Source: Patescibacteria group bacterium
GTDB taxonomy: Bacteria > Patescibacteriota > Microgenomatia > Levybacterales > UBA12049
Direction of reading: 5' to 3'
NCBI GenBank assembly: GCA_038064195.1
Contig: JBBTTO010000002.1
Location: 205,356 to 269,355 of the forward strand
Length of the DNA stretch: 64,000 nt
Shown here: positions 38,580 to 47,645 of the stretch, in pieces
Layout: every line of letters starts with the position of its first letter
Position numbering within the stretch: the first letter of the stretch is position 1
Translations under genes and position numbers: made by a program
The notes under the pieces: generated by a model
Database searches by the model: none
What the model was told of the DNA's origin: nothing
What the model saw: the letters and a program-made list of their open reading frames with translations, nothing else

Positions 38580-39182
38580 ATGGCACGTTATACCGGACCA
38601 AAACACAAATTAGCACGTAGAGAAGGGGTTAATATCCTGGATAAGTCGTCTGCCAGTTTGCAGCGCCGCTTGAATGTCCCCCCGGGTGTGCATGGCAAAA
38701 AACCAAAACGTCGCACCTCAGAATTCGGACAGCAACTTCGTGAAAAACAGAAAGCGAAAGCCATGTATGGAGTCCTCGAGAGACAGTTTAAGCGTTTGGT
38801 GACTGAACTTGAAAAGAAAAAGGGTGATACAGGTGAGCTGATGCTGTCTTTACTTGAGACCAGACTGGATAACATGGTCTATCGACTGGGGTTTGCTAAA
38901 AGTCGTTTCCAAGCACGACAATTTGTTTCTCACGGACATGTCAAAGTTAACGGTAAGAAATTAAATATCCCTTCCTATCAGGTTAAACTTAATGAAGAGA
39001 TCGAAGTAGATGAGAAAATACAAAAGACGCCTGATGTTATGAAACTTCTTCAGGAGAAAACAGAGTTAGTTTCATTTATTGAGAGATCAGGCACTAAGGG
39101 GAGACTTTCCCGTATGCCAAGCAAGGAGGATATAGTCGTTCCGTTCAATACTCAACAGATTATTGAATATTACTCGAGATAA
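38580..39182 (+). CDS. rpsD: 30S ribosomal protein S4
   Basis: MARYTGPKHKLARREG... Confidence 0.95.
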   Translation: MARYTGPKHKLARREGVNILDKSSASLQRRLNVPPGVHGKKPKRRTSEFGQQLREKQKAKAMYGVLERQFKRLVTELEKKKGDTGELMLSLLETRLDNMVYRLGFAKSRFQARQFVSHGHVKVNGKKLNIPSYQVKLNEEIEVDEKIQKTPDVMKLLQEKTELVSFIERSGTKGRLSRMPSKEDIVVPFNTQQIIEYYSR

Positions 39183-39214
39183 TGATACAATATATCATTG
39201 TCTTTTGAAATTAT

Positions 39215-40141
39215 ATGGAGAACACACCCTTTACAGTTAAAGAAATCGTAAATGCAGATGGTTATGGCGAGTTCGTCATTGAGCCTCTGGAGCCGGGTTA
39301 TGGGTATACCATTGGTAATGCTCTGCGTCGTGTACTTTACACATCTATCTCAGGCGCGGCAGTTACAGAGGTAAGAATCAGTGGTGTTAAGCATAAATTT
39401 TCAACAGTTGATGGCCTTAAAGAAAATGTTATTGATATCCTCCTTAATATTAAAGAATTAAACCTCAAGCTTGCTGAGGGGAAGGATTCCGCAACGCTCA
39501 ATCTTTCGGTAAAAGGTGCACGTGAAATTAAAGCCTCAGATTTTGAGGAAACAGACAGTGTTGAGGTCATTAATAAGGATCATTATATCGGTTCACTTTC
39601 AGGTAAATCAGCCAAGCTTGAGATTGAGCTGCTTGTTGAGCGGGGAATGGGTTATTCTTTAGCTGAAGACAGAAAGTCCTCAACAGTCGGTGTTATTCAG
39701 ACAGATGCGATTTTCTCACCTATTCGTCGAGTTACTTATAACGTCGAAGCAACCCGTGTCGGTCGTCAGACTAATTTAGATAAGCTTACCTTAAAGATTT
39801 GGACAAATGGTACTGTTGATCCCAAAGACGCACTGGAAAAAGCAGCCCGTATTTTGTCAAATTCTTTCCTGCAAATTTACGAACCTCAAGCACTAGCTGC
39901 TTCCGAAGAGACAGCAACGACCACCGCATCAATTCCGTCTGCATTGGCTAAAATGACTATTGATGAGTTAGATCTTCCAACCAGAATATATAACAGCTTA
40001 CGCAACGGGGGCATTGAAACGGTTGAGCAACTTCTCCAGACTCCTCGTAAAGATCTTATTTCTATGCGTAATATGGGTGGTAAATCCATCTCTGTTATTG
40101 AAGAAAAGTTAAAAGAAAAAGGTGTATCTTTTTCAATCTAA
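39215..40141 (+). CDS. rpoA: DNA-directed RNA polymerase subunit alpha
   Basis: 308 aa. ...EPLEPGYGYTIGNALRRVLYTSISGAAVT... and a C-terminal alphaCTD (...IDELDLPTRIYNSLRNGGIETVEQL...). Confidence 0.95.
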   Translation: MENTPFTVKEIVNADGYGEFVIEPLEPGYGYTIGNALRRVLYTSISGAAVTEVRISGVKHKFSTVDGLKENVIDILLNIKELNLKLAEGKDSATLNLSVKGAREIKASDFEETDSVEVINKDHYIGSLSGKSAKLEIELLVERGMGYSLAEDRKSSTVGVIQTDAIFSPIRRVTYNVEATRVGRQTNLDKLTLKIWTNGTVDPKDALEKAARILSNSFLQIYEPQALAASEETATTTASIPSALAKMTIDELDLPTRIYNSLRNGGIETVEQLLQTPRKDLISMRNMGGKSISVIEEKLKEKGVSFSI

Positions 40142-40312
40142 TAAAGATATTAAGATAGTAGGAGACTAACCTGCCTGACGGCAGGCAGGGATATTAAGAG
40201 TAAGAGAAGAGTTCCTCAGATTGCCCCTTAATATCTTAATTACTTACCATCCTAATATCTTTTTTTATATGATCCTTCGATAAACTCAGGATCATAATGA
40301 GCAGAGTCAATT

Positions 40313-40849
40313 ATGAGAAAACAAGTTTTCGGCAGAAAGTTTAAGCGGGATACAAATGAAAGAAAGGCTCTTTTTAAGAGTCTGGCTTCTTCATTGGTAA
40401 TGTACGAACGCATAGAGACTACCGAAGAAAAGGCAAAAGCAATTAAAGGTCATGTCGAGAAAATGGTAACAAAAGTTAATACCAATACTTCAGAACACGC
40501 GCGAAAACTAATACAAGCGTATCTCACTAATGAGGCCTTAGCTAAAATGATGACTGATATTGCCCCCCGATTTACTAAACGCCCCGGAGGCTATACCCGC
40601 ATTCTCAAAACACGGAGCAGGTTCTCAGATGATGCGTCAATGGCTATTATCGAATGGGTAGAGAAAGCACCAGTTGTCGGTAGTAAAGTTGTCAGTGGCA
40701 AGAAAGAGGTTCAAGACGAAGTCGTAGTAACGGCAACTACAACAACTTCTGATAAGAAAGTCAAGACTGCAGCAAAAACTCAGACTAAGAAAATACCTCT
40801 AAAATCTTCAACTAAAAAAACAACAACTAAAAAAAAGGAGACTAAATAA
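40313..40849 (+). CDS. rplQ: 50S ribosomal protein L17 with a Lys/Thr-rich C-terminal tail
   Basis: ...FGRKFKRDTNERKALFKSLASSLVMYERIETT... is the L17 core, plus a low-complexity extension of about 60 aa. Confidence 0.9.
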   Translation: MRKQVFGRKFKRDTNERKALFKSLASSLVMYERIETTEEKAKAIKGHVEKMVTKVNTNTSEHARKLIQAYLTNEALAKMMTDIAPRFTKRPGGYTRILKTRSRFSDDASMAIIEWVEKAPVVGSKVVSGKKEVQDEVVVTATTTTSDKKVKTAAKTQTKKIPLKSSTKKTTTKKKETK

Positions 40850-41286
40850 TGAAAGTACAAACAAAAGCCACCAAACAGGCAGAGATTCAGCATTTGTGGC
40901 ATCTTGTTGATGTGAAAGAGCAAACTTTAGGAAGAATTGCGACAGTGATCGCAGAGAAATTAATGGGTAAAACAAAGCCTCAGTTTGTTCGTAATCTTGA
41001 TTGCGGGGATTACGTCGTCGTTACCAACGCGGCCCTAATTAAAGTAACGGGGAGGAAAGAGGAGCAGAAGGTCTATGCGCGTCACTCAGGTTATCCCGGG
41101 GGCTTCCGTTCAGAGACGTTAAAAGAATTAAGAACCCGAAAGCCCGAGGAAATTATTATGCACGCAGTTAAGGGAATGTTGCCTGATAATAGGCTTCGTG
41201 CTACAATGCTTACGCGTTTGTTCGTTTTTTCAGGCAGTGAGCATCCTTATAATGAAAAGTTTGTCAGTAAAGGAGAAAAAAAATAA
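40849..41286 (+). CDS. rplM: 50S ribosomal protein L13
   Basis: ...WHLVDVKEQTLGRIATVIAEKLMGK... Confidence 0.9.
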   Translation: MKVQTKATKQAEIQHLWHLVDVKEQTLGRIATVIAEKLMGKTKPQFVRNLDCGDYVVVTNAALIKVTGRKEEQKVYARHSGYPGGFRSETLKELRTRKPEEIIMHAVKGMLPDNRLRATMLTRLFVFSGSEHPYNEKFVSKGEKK

Positions 41287-41287
41287 T

Positions 41288-41767
41288 ATGGCAGCCGCAA
41301 AATCTCAAATAGTCGAAAGAAAGACCCACACGAGGGGGAATTATATTAACGCAGTTGGTCGTCGTAAAGAAGCGGTCGCCCGAGTTCGTTTACATGAAAC
41401 AGTTCAGGAGGGGATGATGTGGGGTAAAATTGAAATTAAAAAAGGAGATATCGTTGTTAACGAGAAAATGATTTCTGAGTACTTCCCCGGTGAAGTTAAT
41501 CGTTTTAAGTATACAGAGCCTCTTCGAGTAGCAAATGCCCAGAATAAGTATACTATTACCATCAGTGTTTCAGGCGGGGGGCCAGCGGGACAACTGGATG
41601 CCGTAGTTAATGGTCTGGCTCATGCTCTTGCCAACGCTGATAGTGAAGCCTTTAAGCCTGCTCTCCGCAAGCAAGGGCTTCTTACCCGCGATGCCCGTGT
41701 TCGTGAGCGCCGTAAAGTCGGTACAGGTGGAAAAGCTCGTCGTAAGAAACAGTCTCCAAAGCGCTAA
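41288..41767 (+). CDS. rpsI: 30S ribosomal protein S9 (start at MAAAKSQ; the listed ORF begins upstream inside rplM)
   Basis: C-terminal ...GGKARRKKQSPKR and a GGGPAGQLDAV core. Confidence 0.9.
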   Translation: MAAAKSQIVERKTHTRGNYINAVGRRKEAVARVRLHETVQEGMMWGKIEIKKGDIVVNEKMISEYFPGEVNRFKYTEPLRVANAQNKYTITISVSGGGPAGQLDAVVNGLAHALANADSEAFKPALRKQGLLTRDARVRERRKVGTGGKARRKKQSPKR

Positions 41768-41791
41768 ATACAGACATCTCCACTTTGTGGT

Positions 41792-42394
41792 TCAGCAGAT
41801 TATTTCTACGTCGTCTGCTTGTCCCAAACTTTCTATTGCCTGAACCAGACTTTTTGCGGGGATCTTATTAAAATCTATGTCTTCTTTTTTTGCAGTCACC
41901 AGACCCTGGATAATACGTCTTGCTTTACATGCCTCCTCTTTCTTAAGGTATTCAACTTGGATTGAGCTTTCAATATAACTGATATCTACAATTTTGATTG
42001 ACGCGAAAAAAAGACTGGTCTCAAGAAAAATATCGGCTATATTTTTGATGGGTATGGTATGTAAATGAGCAGTAGCAAAGAAATATCTTTTGATAACGTT
42101 TACCTGGGCGATTTCAACTGTGATTTCATCTGTAAATAAATCAAAAGGGAAGACATTTGATAAATGAAAAAGTGGTTGATGTGAACCGCGAACGAGTGTA
42201 TTCAAGCGTTCCTCATTAACTTTTTCATTTTTTATTGCTTCTATTCGTACTTCCTGAGTTGCATCAATTTCATTTTTTTTGCGGTAATTTTTGAGGGAGG
42301 GATAATTTGTACTAACGTAGCTGTAGTCCTGAGCTATATGAGAGTTATTTATCTTAGTGTCTTTATTTTCTGTAATATAGAGCGAGTTATGCAT
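41792..42394 (-). CDS. hypothetical cytoplasmic protein (no recognisable family)
   Basis: 200-aa ORF with no conserved motif I can place. Confidence 0.4.
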   Translation of the reverse strand: MHNSLYITENKDTKINNSHIAQDYSYVSTNYPSLKNYRKKNEIDATQEVRIEAIKNEKVNEERLNTLVRGSHQPLFHLSNVFPFDLFTDEITVEIAQVNVIKRYFFATAHLHTIPIKNIADIFLETSLFFASIKIVDISYIESSIQVEYLKKEEACKARRIIQGLVTAKKEDIDFNKIPAKSLVQAIESLGQADDVEIIC

Positions 42395-42512
42395 CAGGTA
42401 ATGATGACATAAAAGCTGTAAAAAACGATATGAATAGTGTAAGAATTAAGTAGCAGTCTCAGTCGGGGTACTTTCCTTGACGTATTTATAGGTCGTGTGA
42501 TACGGTAGGCGT

Positions 42513-42851
42513 ATGGGGATATTTATTTATTTGCTTGTAAACGGATTTACTATTTTTGTCGCGGCGCAAGTACTCTCAGGTGTGCATGTCAATAATTTTT
42601 TTACGGCCATAGTAGTAGCTGTTATTCTTGGAATCGTGAATACTCTCATCAAGCCTATTCTTGTACTGCTTACGCTTCCGTTGACAGTCCTTACATTCGG
42701 ACTGTTTGCCTTCATAATCAACGCCTTTATGGTTCTTGTGGTCAGTAGAATAGTTCCCGGTTTTGAAGTAGACGGATTTTTGTGGGCGTTACTTTTCAGC
42801 CTGGTTATTGCAATTATATCCTCGTTCCTGAATTCGTTATTGAAGAGGTAA
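42513..42851 (+). CDS. DUF360 / phage_holin_4_2-family small membrane protein
   Basis: 112 aa with four TM helices. GIFIYLLVNGFTIFVAAQVLSGVHVNNFFTAIVVAVILGIVNTLIKPIL matches my recollection of the YvlD/DUF360 family. Confidence 0.6.
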   Translation: MGIFIYLLVNGFTIFVAAQVLSGVHVNNFFTAIVVAVILGIVNTLIKPILVLLTLPLTVLTFGLFAFIINAFMVLVVSRIVPGFEVDGFLWALLFSLVIAIISSFLNSLLKR

Positions 42852-43418
42852 TTAGTTCTCGTCTACCACAAGTTCTTTTGCGAAAAGATATCCCCACATA
42901 ATGGCAGCTGGAAGAAGATTCTCAAATTTGTCCACGTTAAATTCTCTTCCTCGTAAACTAAACCTACGAATATACTGTTGGGTATTGAGATGAGTAATGA
43001 AAAGCTCCATAACCTGACTGACAGGTGGTTGGACTTTAATTCCCTCAGAAAGAGTTCTGCCTATTTTTTGTCGTGCCAAACGAATATCTTCATCCTCCTT
43101 ACGGATTCGATAGGGAAGATATCCTTTAGTCAGACTTCTCTCCTTAAGATATATTTGTACACCCCCGGTCATAGAGAGATAAAGCATACCATAGAGGCGG
43201 GTACGGGAGACCTCCTCAGGGGATGGAATAGGATTATAGAGAAGTTGGCTAAAGATGTTAGAAGCTTTTCTGCAATGGACAAGAAGATCTTCAGGAAGAT
43301 AAAATTTTGAAAGAGCACTATCATGGGTATATTGATCCATAGAATACACAATATCCTCCCAAATTCTCTGGACAGACGGATCAAGTTGTTGTTCTTGCTT
43401 GCTGGGCAGTCGTTTCAT
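42852..43418 (-). CDS. hypothetical cytoplasmic protein (no recognisable family)
   Basis: 188-aa ORF, convergent with the DUF360 gene. Charged, with no motifs recognised. Confidence 0.4.
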   Translation of the reverse strand: MKRLPSKQEQQLDPSVQRIWEDIVYSMDQYTHDSALSKFYLPEDLLVHCRKASNIFSQLLYNPIPSPEEVSRTRLYGMLYLSMTGGVQIYLKERSLTKGYLPYRIRKEDEDIRLARQKIGRTLSEGIKVQPPVSQVMELFITHLNTQQYIRRFSLRGREFNVDKFENLLPAAIMWGYLFAKELVVDEN

Positions 43419-43534
43419 ATCAAAATCGGATACTGTATATGGTCATTATTAGCATATACACAATCAATTATGAAATGCAAGCAGATTAGCTCAAGTGTTA
43501 TAATTAATTATGCGACTTTTCCCGCGAAATCTTA

Positions 43535-43768
43535 TTGTCCGAAATCTCGACGGATTTTTTTCCGCCAACAATCGCGTTACTTTACGTCATTTTTATCTCA
43601 ATCTATATCCTGTCGAAGATGTTAGCAACTCGAAGAACTATTTCTGAGAAGGAATATCTTGTGAACGCGCTTGAGATGGTTGAAGAGGCAGTTATCAATG
43701 ATCTGGATCTTGAGGAAAAAAAGCGGGCTCAGTTTTATCTGGGGAAAAGTGATTCAGGCGATCCCTAA
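43535..43768 (+). CDS. small membrane-anchored hypothetical protein
   Basis: 77 aa with one N-terminal TM helix and an acidic C-terminus. Confidence 0.3.
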   Translation: MSEISTDFFPPTIALLYVIFISIYILSKMLATRRTISEKEYLVNALEMVEEAVINDLDLEEKKRAQFYLGKSDSGDP

Positions 43769-43823
43769 GCAATCGATCGGGAAGAACACTCTTTATGAAC
43801 ATTTAATGGTATAATTCACTACT

Positions 43824-44795
43824 ATGTTAATTGATAACGTTATTATTACCGTTGAAGGTGGCTCAGGTGGTAACGGGGCTATTTCCTTTCGACGGAACGA
43901 AGGTAATCCCATGGGCGGTCCGGATGGAGGTAATGGAGGCAATGGTGGAGATGTCTATTTTGTCGGGATTAATGATCTGACTGCGTTAGACAAGTTTCAA
44001 TATAAGAAAATCTGGAAAGCTCAGGATGGTGTTCCCGGGAAGAAAAAAAATCTTTTTGGTAAGAATGCTCCGGATCTGATTATCTCACTCCCTTTAGGAA
44101 CAAGGGTTACTGACGAATCGGGGGAAGAAATACTTGAGATAGAAGACACCGAAAGAAAACATCTTATTGCACATGGAGGTAAAGGCGGAAGAGGTAACAA
44201 TGAGTTCAAATCAGCGACTAATCAAGCTCCTCGGATTGCTGAGCAGGGTGAGATAGGTGAAAAAAAAGTTTTGGCATTACAATTACGACTCATCGCTGAC
44301 ATCGGCTTAATCGGGCTTCCGAATGCGGGTAAGAGTACACTCCTGTCACTTTTGACCAGCGCAAAGCCGAAAATAGGTGATTATCCCTTCACAACGCTTG
44401 AGCCGAATGTCGGGATGATGGATGGGGTAATGCTGGCTGATATTCCCGGACTTATTGAGGGGGCAAGTAGTGGCAAGGGGTTAGGGATTACCTTTTTAAA
44501 GCATATTGAGAAGACACATCTACTTGTTCACTGTGTTGATGCAGTCCAACCCAATCTTTTAGGTAACTATAATATTGTAAGAGACGAGTTTGCTAAGTTT
44601 AACCCTGAGCTACTTACTAAACCGGAAATTATTATTCTTACCAAAACTGATGAGATATCCGAGGAGAGTTTGAAGTCTCAGTTGGAGAGTCTTCAGAATA
44701 CCAAGCGAGAAATACTACCTATGAGTATTCTTGATGATGATAGCGTTATTACAGTTCGTGAGCGATTACTTGCTCTTTATAGAGAATATAAGTAG
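43824..44795 (+). CDS. obg: GTPase Obg
   Basis: Obg-fold glycine-rich N-domain (GGSGGNGAISFRRNEG...GGNGGDVYF) and G-domain GLIGLPNAGKST. Confidence 0.9.
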   Translation: MLIDNVIITVEGGSGGNGAISFRRNEGNPMGGPDGGNGGNGGDVYFVGINDLTALDKFQYKKIWKAQDGVPGKKKNLFGKNAPDLIISLPLGTRVTDESGEEILEIEDTERKHLIAHGGKGGRGNNEFKSATNQAPRIAEQGEIGEKKVLALQLRLIADIGLIGLPNAGKSTLLSLLTSAKPKIGDYPFTTLEPNVGMMDGVMLADIPGLIEGASSGKGLGITFLKHIEKTHLLVHCVDAVQPNLLGNYNIVRDEFAKFNPELLTKPEIIILTKTDEISEESLKSQLESLQNTKREILPMSILDDDSVITVRERLLALYREYK

Positions 44796-44875
44796 CTAAG
44801 ATTTCTTTTGAATATCCGGTATTCTGTAATCCTCCTTGACGAAGTCCCTAGTATCAGTTACTATATTTCTCTATT

Positions 44876-45433
44876 ATGGATTCCAAACAACAAGCCTCAG
44901 ATTCTTGTCCCAAATGCGGACAGCCTCTCGGTGATATAGTAACTACCGCTTCCGGACGTAAATTGCAGCGTTGCTCCACATCCGTTTGGGATCCGAATAC
45001 GCGAAGTAATACCGGATGTGACTTTGTTAAATGGCTTGAGGTAGAGCCACAACAGCTTGATGAGAAGTGCCCTAAGTGCGGTGCTCCTGTTATCTTGGCG
45101 GTTACGAGGTTTGGTAAAAAAATGAAAAAATGTTCAACCTCCTCCTGGGATAAAGAAGCAAAAAAGGCAATTGGCTGTGACTATATAGAATGGATAAACG
45201 GTACGACAGAGCAGCTTGATGAAGACTGTCCGGAATGCGGCGCAAAATTGGTACTATATACGACGGCAAATGGCAAAAAAATGAAAAAATGCAGTACTTC
45301 AGGCTGGGATAAAGCCGCACGTAAACCAACAGGGTGTACCTATGTTTACTGGTTAAAGCCTTCGGAGTATCCATCCTCAACCCCCCAGGATACAGGTGAG
45401 GAGTTTCTTCCCCCTGCGCCAGAAAATGAGTAA
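44876..45433 (+). CDS. stand-alone protein of three tandem C4 zinc-ribbon repeats (topoisomerase-type zinc-finger-like)
   Basis: Three repeats of about 58 aa, each CP[KE]CG-x14-CSTS-x-WD-x9-10-GC-x-[YF]-[VI]-x-W. Examples are CPKCGQPLGD...RCSTSVWD...GCDFVKW and CPKCGAPVIL...KCSTSSWD...GCDYIEW. Confidence 0.6.
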   Translation: MDSKQQASDSCPKCGQPLGDIVTTASGRKLQRCSTSVWDPNTRSNTGCDFVKWLEVEPQQLDEKCPKCGAPVILAVTRFGKKMKKCSTSSWDKEAKKAIGCDYIEWINGTTEQLDEDCPECGAKLVLYTTANGKKMKKCSTSGWDKAARKPTGCTYVYWLKPSEYPSSTPQDTGEEFLPPAPENE

Positions 45434-45716
45434 GTATAAAGAAGTATTCCAGGATATGGTGGATTATAACGGTGAGGTTTTTGCTTCATTTCAAAAACTT
45501 CATGACGCCTATTCACTTAATCCTCAACAGCTTCAAAAAGCCTTCAATCAAGAAGGTGAGCGTGTTTTGAGGATTATTAGAAAATATGAGAACATTCTCT
45601 GTGGTAAGTCTGAGTCAGGTAAGTATGGAAAGTTCTCAAGTACGTTATCTGATAAGTTCTGGGGTGAGGTTCGTCAACGGTTCCCAAATATTGATAAAGT
45701 CGGACTGCTCTCCTAA
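45427..45716 (+). CDS. small hypothetical protein translationally coupled (ATGA-type overlap) to the zinc-ribbon gene
   Basis: MSKYKEVFQDMVDYNGEVF... The listed ORF 45396..45716 includes an upstream extension that overlaps the zinc-ribbon gene. Confidence 0.4.
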
Positions 45717-45736
45717 GCCTCGTTTTTTTCTCAGAT

Positions 45737-46669
45737 TTGCGTCATAATAAATTAGTTACTATGTTTTTATTTGACAAGAAAAAACAAGCGGGAACACAGA
45801 GAAGCTTACAGCGATCGTCAATAAAGAAAAATCAGCCTCATTTCATCACGAGATTTCCCATCGGGAAAATTATTTTAGTATTGGGTGTTATCTTTCTTAT
45901 TCTTCTGCTTATTACGCCGGGAAGTTTTATGGGCAAATACTCAGATAGTCTACCTGGTAGTGGATCAAACATAAATGGCAGTCCTGATCTAGAAACAGCC
46001 AATACTCAGCAACTTACCCCCGAACAGCTTCAATCTGAGAAGACTCAGTCTAAGGATTTTTTTATCGGGCCAATTAGGCTATCTCATTCTTCATATATTA
46101 ATGAACAATTAGACTCATTCTCACAAGAGTCAAAAGATTCATCTTCTCAAACTGATGAGTCCCAAAGTAAAGGGGATCAACAGTTTTCTCTTCAAGATAT
46201 TCTTATAAAGCCCTTGGATTATCTCGCCTCTCTAGGATACACAATACGAGTGTCTGTCAGCAATAGTAGTAAAAAAACCACGTTTTATAAATTGGTTGAC
46301 AGTATCTCAAGATACTATGTCAGTTATTCACATTTTCCACACTACGATGTCAGTGCAGAAGACGGCTATAGCTGGGTGACTGAGATGGTCCAGGCTAATG
46401 AAATGTCAGGGACATATGAATATGTCCTTCGCACAACTGCCCCGATGTCATATTGTGGAACAGTTCAACAAAATGGCTACTGTTACAAATCAGATGAGGC
46501 AAATGCGATTCTCTATGTAAGAATAGATGAGCCTTCAGGTCAGGATATTTGCTCTGATCAGGCATTATTCCTTCTCTGGTCTTCACAGGATAATAAAACA
46601 GGAGAATTATGTATGGATCAGGAGCCTATACAGCTCGGAGGATTTAAGTTCTTACCGATCCGTAATTAA
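45737..46669 (+). CDS. membrane-anchored secreted hypothetical protein with a Cys-containing C-terminal domain
   Basis: N-terminal TM (IILVLGVIFLILLLITPG), a Ser/Gln-rich linker, and a C-terminal domain with several Cys residues (YCGTVQQNGYCY...DICSDQ...ELCMDQ). Confidence 0.4.
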   Translation: MRHNKLVTMFLFDKKKQAGTQRSLQRSSIKKNQPHFITRFPIGKIILVLGVIFLILLLITPGSFMGKYSDSLPGSGSNINGSPDLETANTQQLTPEQLQSEKTQSKDFFIGPIRLSHSSYINEQLDSFSQESKDSSSQTDESQSKGDQQFSLQDILIKPLDYLASLGYTIRVSVSNSSKKTTFYKLVDSISRYYVSYSHFPHYDVSAEDGYSWVTEMVQANEMSGTYEYVLRTTAPMSYCGTVQQNGYCYKSDEANAILYVRIDEPSGQDICSDQALFLLWSSQDNKTGELCMDQEPIQLGGFKFLPIRN

Positions 46670-47095
46670 GTGGGGATAATCATTAATCTTTTTAAGAGTC
46701 TTGGTAAATATGTCAGAGTACTCTAGGGGAGGAAGCTTAGTAAAGGTGATCCACCGATACTCGGAGTGATCAGGGCTTAGTTTGATGCTCTCAGATTCTG
46801 TTTGGAGACAAAGATAGACGATCCTTATCACCTGCATGGAAGTATCACTTACTGAATGTCCATTAAGTACAGTAAGAGGATAGAGAGTTCCTGTTTTTAA
46901 ACCGGTCTCTTCAGAGATCTCTCTTTTTATTGCTTGCTGTGGATCCTCACCTAAATCTACAGCTCCTCCCGGAAGCTCCCAAAGATTTGGGTGGGTGTCA
47001 TGAGCTGCTCTTTTTATGATCAGGAACTCTTCTTTTTTGATTTGATTTAAGATCAATCCGTAGACGGCAATTCTTTGCTTGCTAATATCCATCAC
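46652..47095 (-). CDS. NUDIX hydrolase
   Basis: Nudix box GGAVDLGEDPQQAIKREISEETGL. Confidence 0.8.
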   Translation of the reverse strand: MMDISKQRIAVYGLILNQIKKEEFLIIKRAAHDTHPNLWELPGGAVDLGEDPQQAIKREISEETGLKTGTLYPLTVLNGHSVSDTSMQVIRIVYLCLQTESESIKLSPDHSEYRWITFTKLPPLEYSDIFTKTLKKINDYPHLITDR

Positions 47096-47631
47096 AGTAG
47101 TATAACTATATTAAATCTTGAGAACAAGTTCAGGAGAAGAGGAGAGCGGACTAATACGTTTTCAACTTCACTGATACCTGTTTGGGTGTCGATTCGTGAC
47201 AGTATCTCAACAATAACTTCATCTCCCGAGAGAATTTTTTTCAACCATGGTTCTGTGTCGTCAAACATATCGCTATAAGGGATATCGTCAAAAGTAAACC
47301 AGCGTGGATAGACTCCCGGAGTAGATCTGGGTTCACCACTAAAGCGTCTGCACAGGAAAACAGTGATTGTAAGTGTTTCCTGTCTCACGTCTTTCTCTTG
47401 TAGATCGTAGTAGTGAATGATACCTACTTTTTCTAAGTCGGTTTCGTTAACGTGAATTTTTATCTCCTCATAGAGTTCTCTTATAGCAGCCATTTCCGGA
47501 CTTTCTCTCATCTCCGTATATCCGCTGATACCGTTCCAGGTGATTTTGTTTTGACGGTAGTTACTTTCTGCTAAAAGGATCCTGTCATCATCAATAAGAA
47601 ATGTAATGACAGCGTTACGTCTGTCAGTCAT
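47092..47631 (-). CDS. NUDIX-family hydrolase (divergent Nudix box)
   Basis: ISGYTEMRESPEMAAIRELYEEIKI approximates GX5EX7REUXEEXGU. 4-nt overlap with the downstream NUDIX gene. Confidence 0.55.
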   Translation of the reverse strand: MTDRRNAVITFLIDDDRILLAESNYRQNKITWNGISGYTEMRESPEMAAIRELYEEIKIHVNETDLEKVGIIHYYDLQEKDVRQETLTITVFLCRRFSGEPRSTPGVYPRWFTFDDIPYSDMFDDTEPWLKKILSGDEVIVEILSRIDTQTGISEVENVLVRSPLLLNLFSRFNIVILL

Positions 47632-47645
47632 ATTGATAGTTTTGG

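Noticed and set aside
42513-42851. DUF360 family is named phage_holin_4_2, so prophage was considered
   Set aside because: No integrase, capsid, terminase, tail or other phage genes are anywhere in the window. DUF360 proteins are widespread chromosomal membrane proteins.
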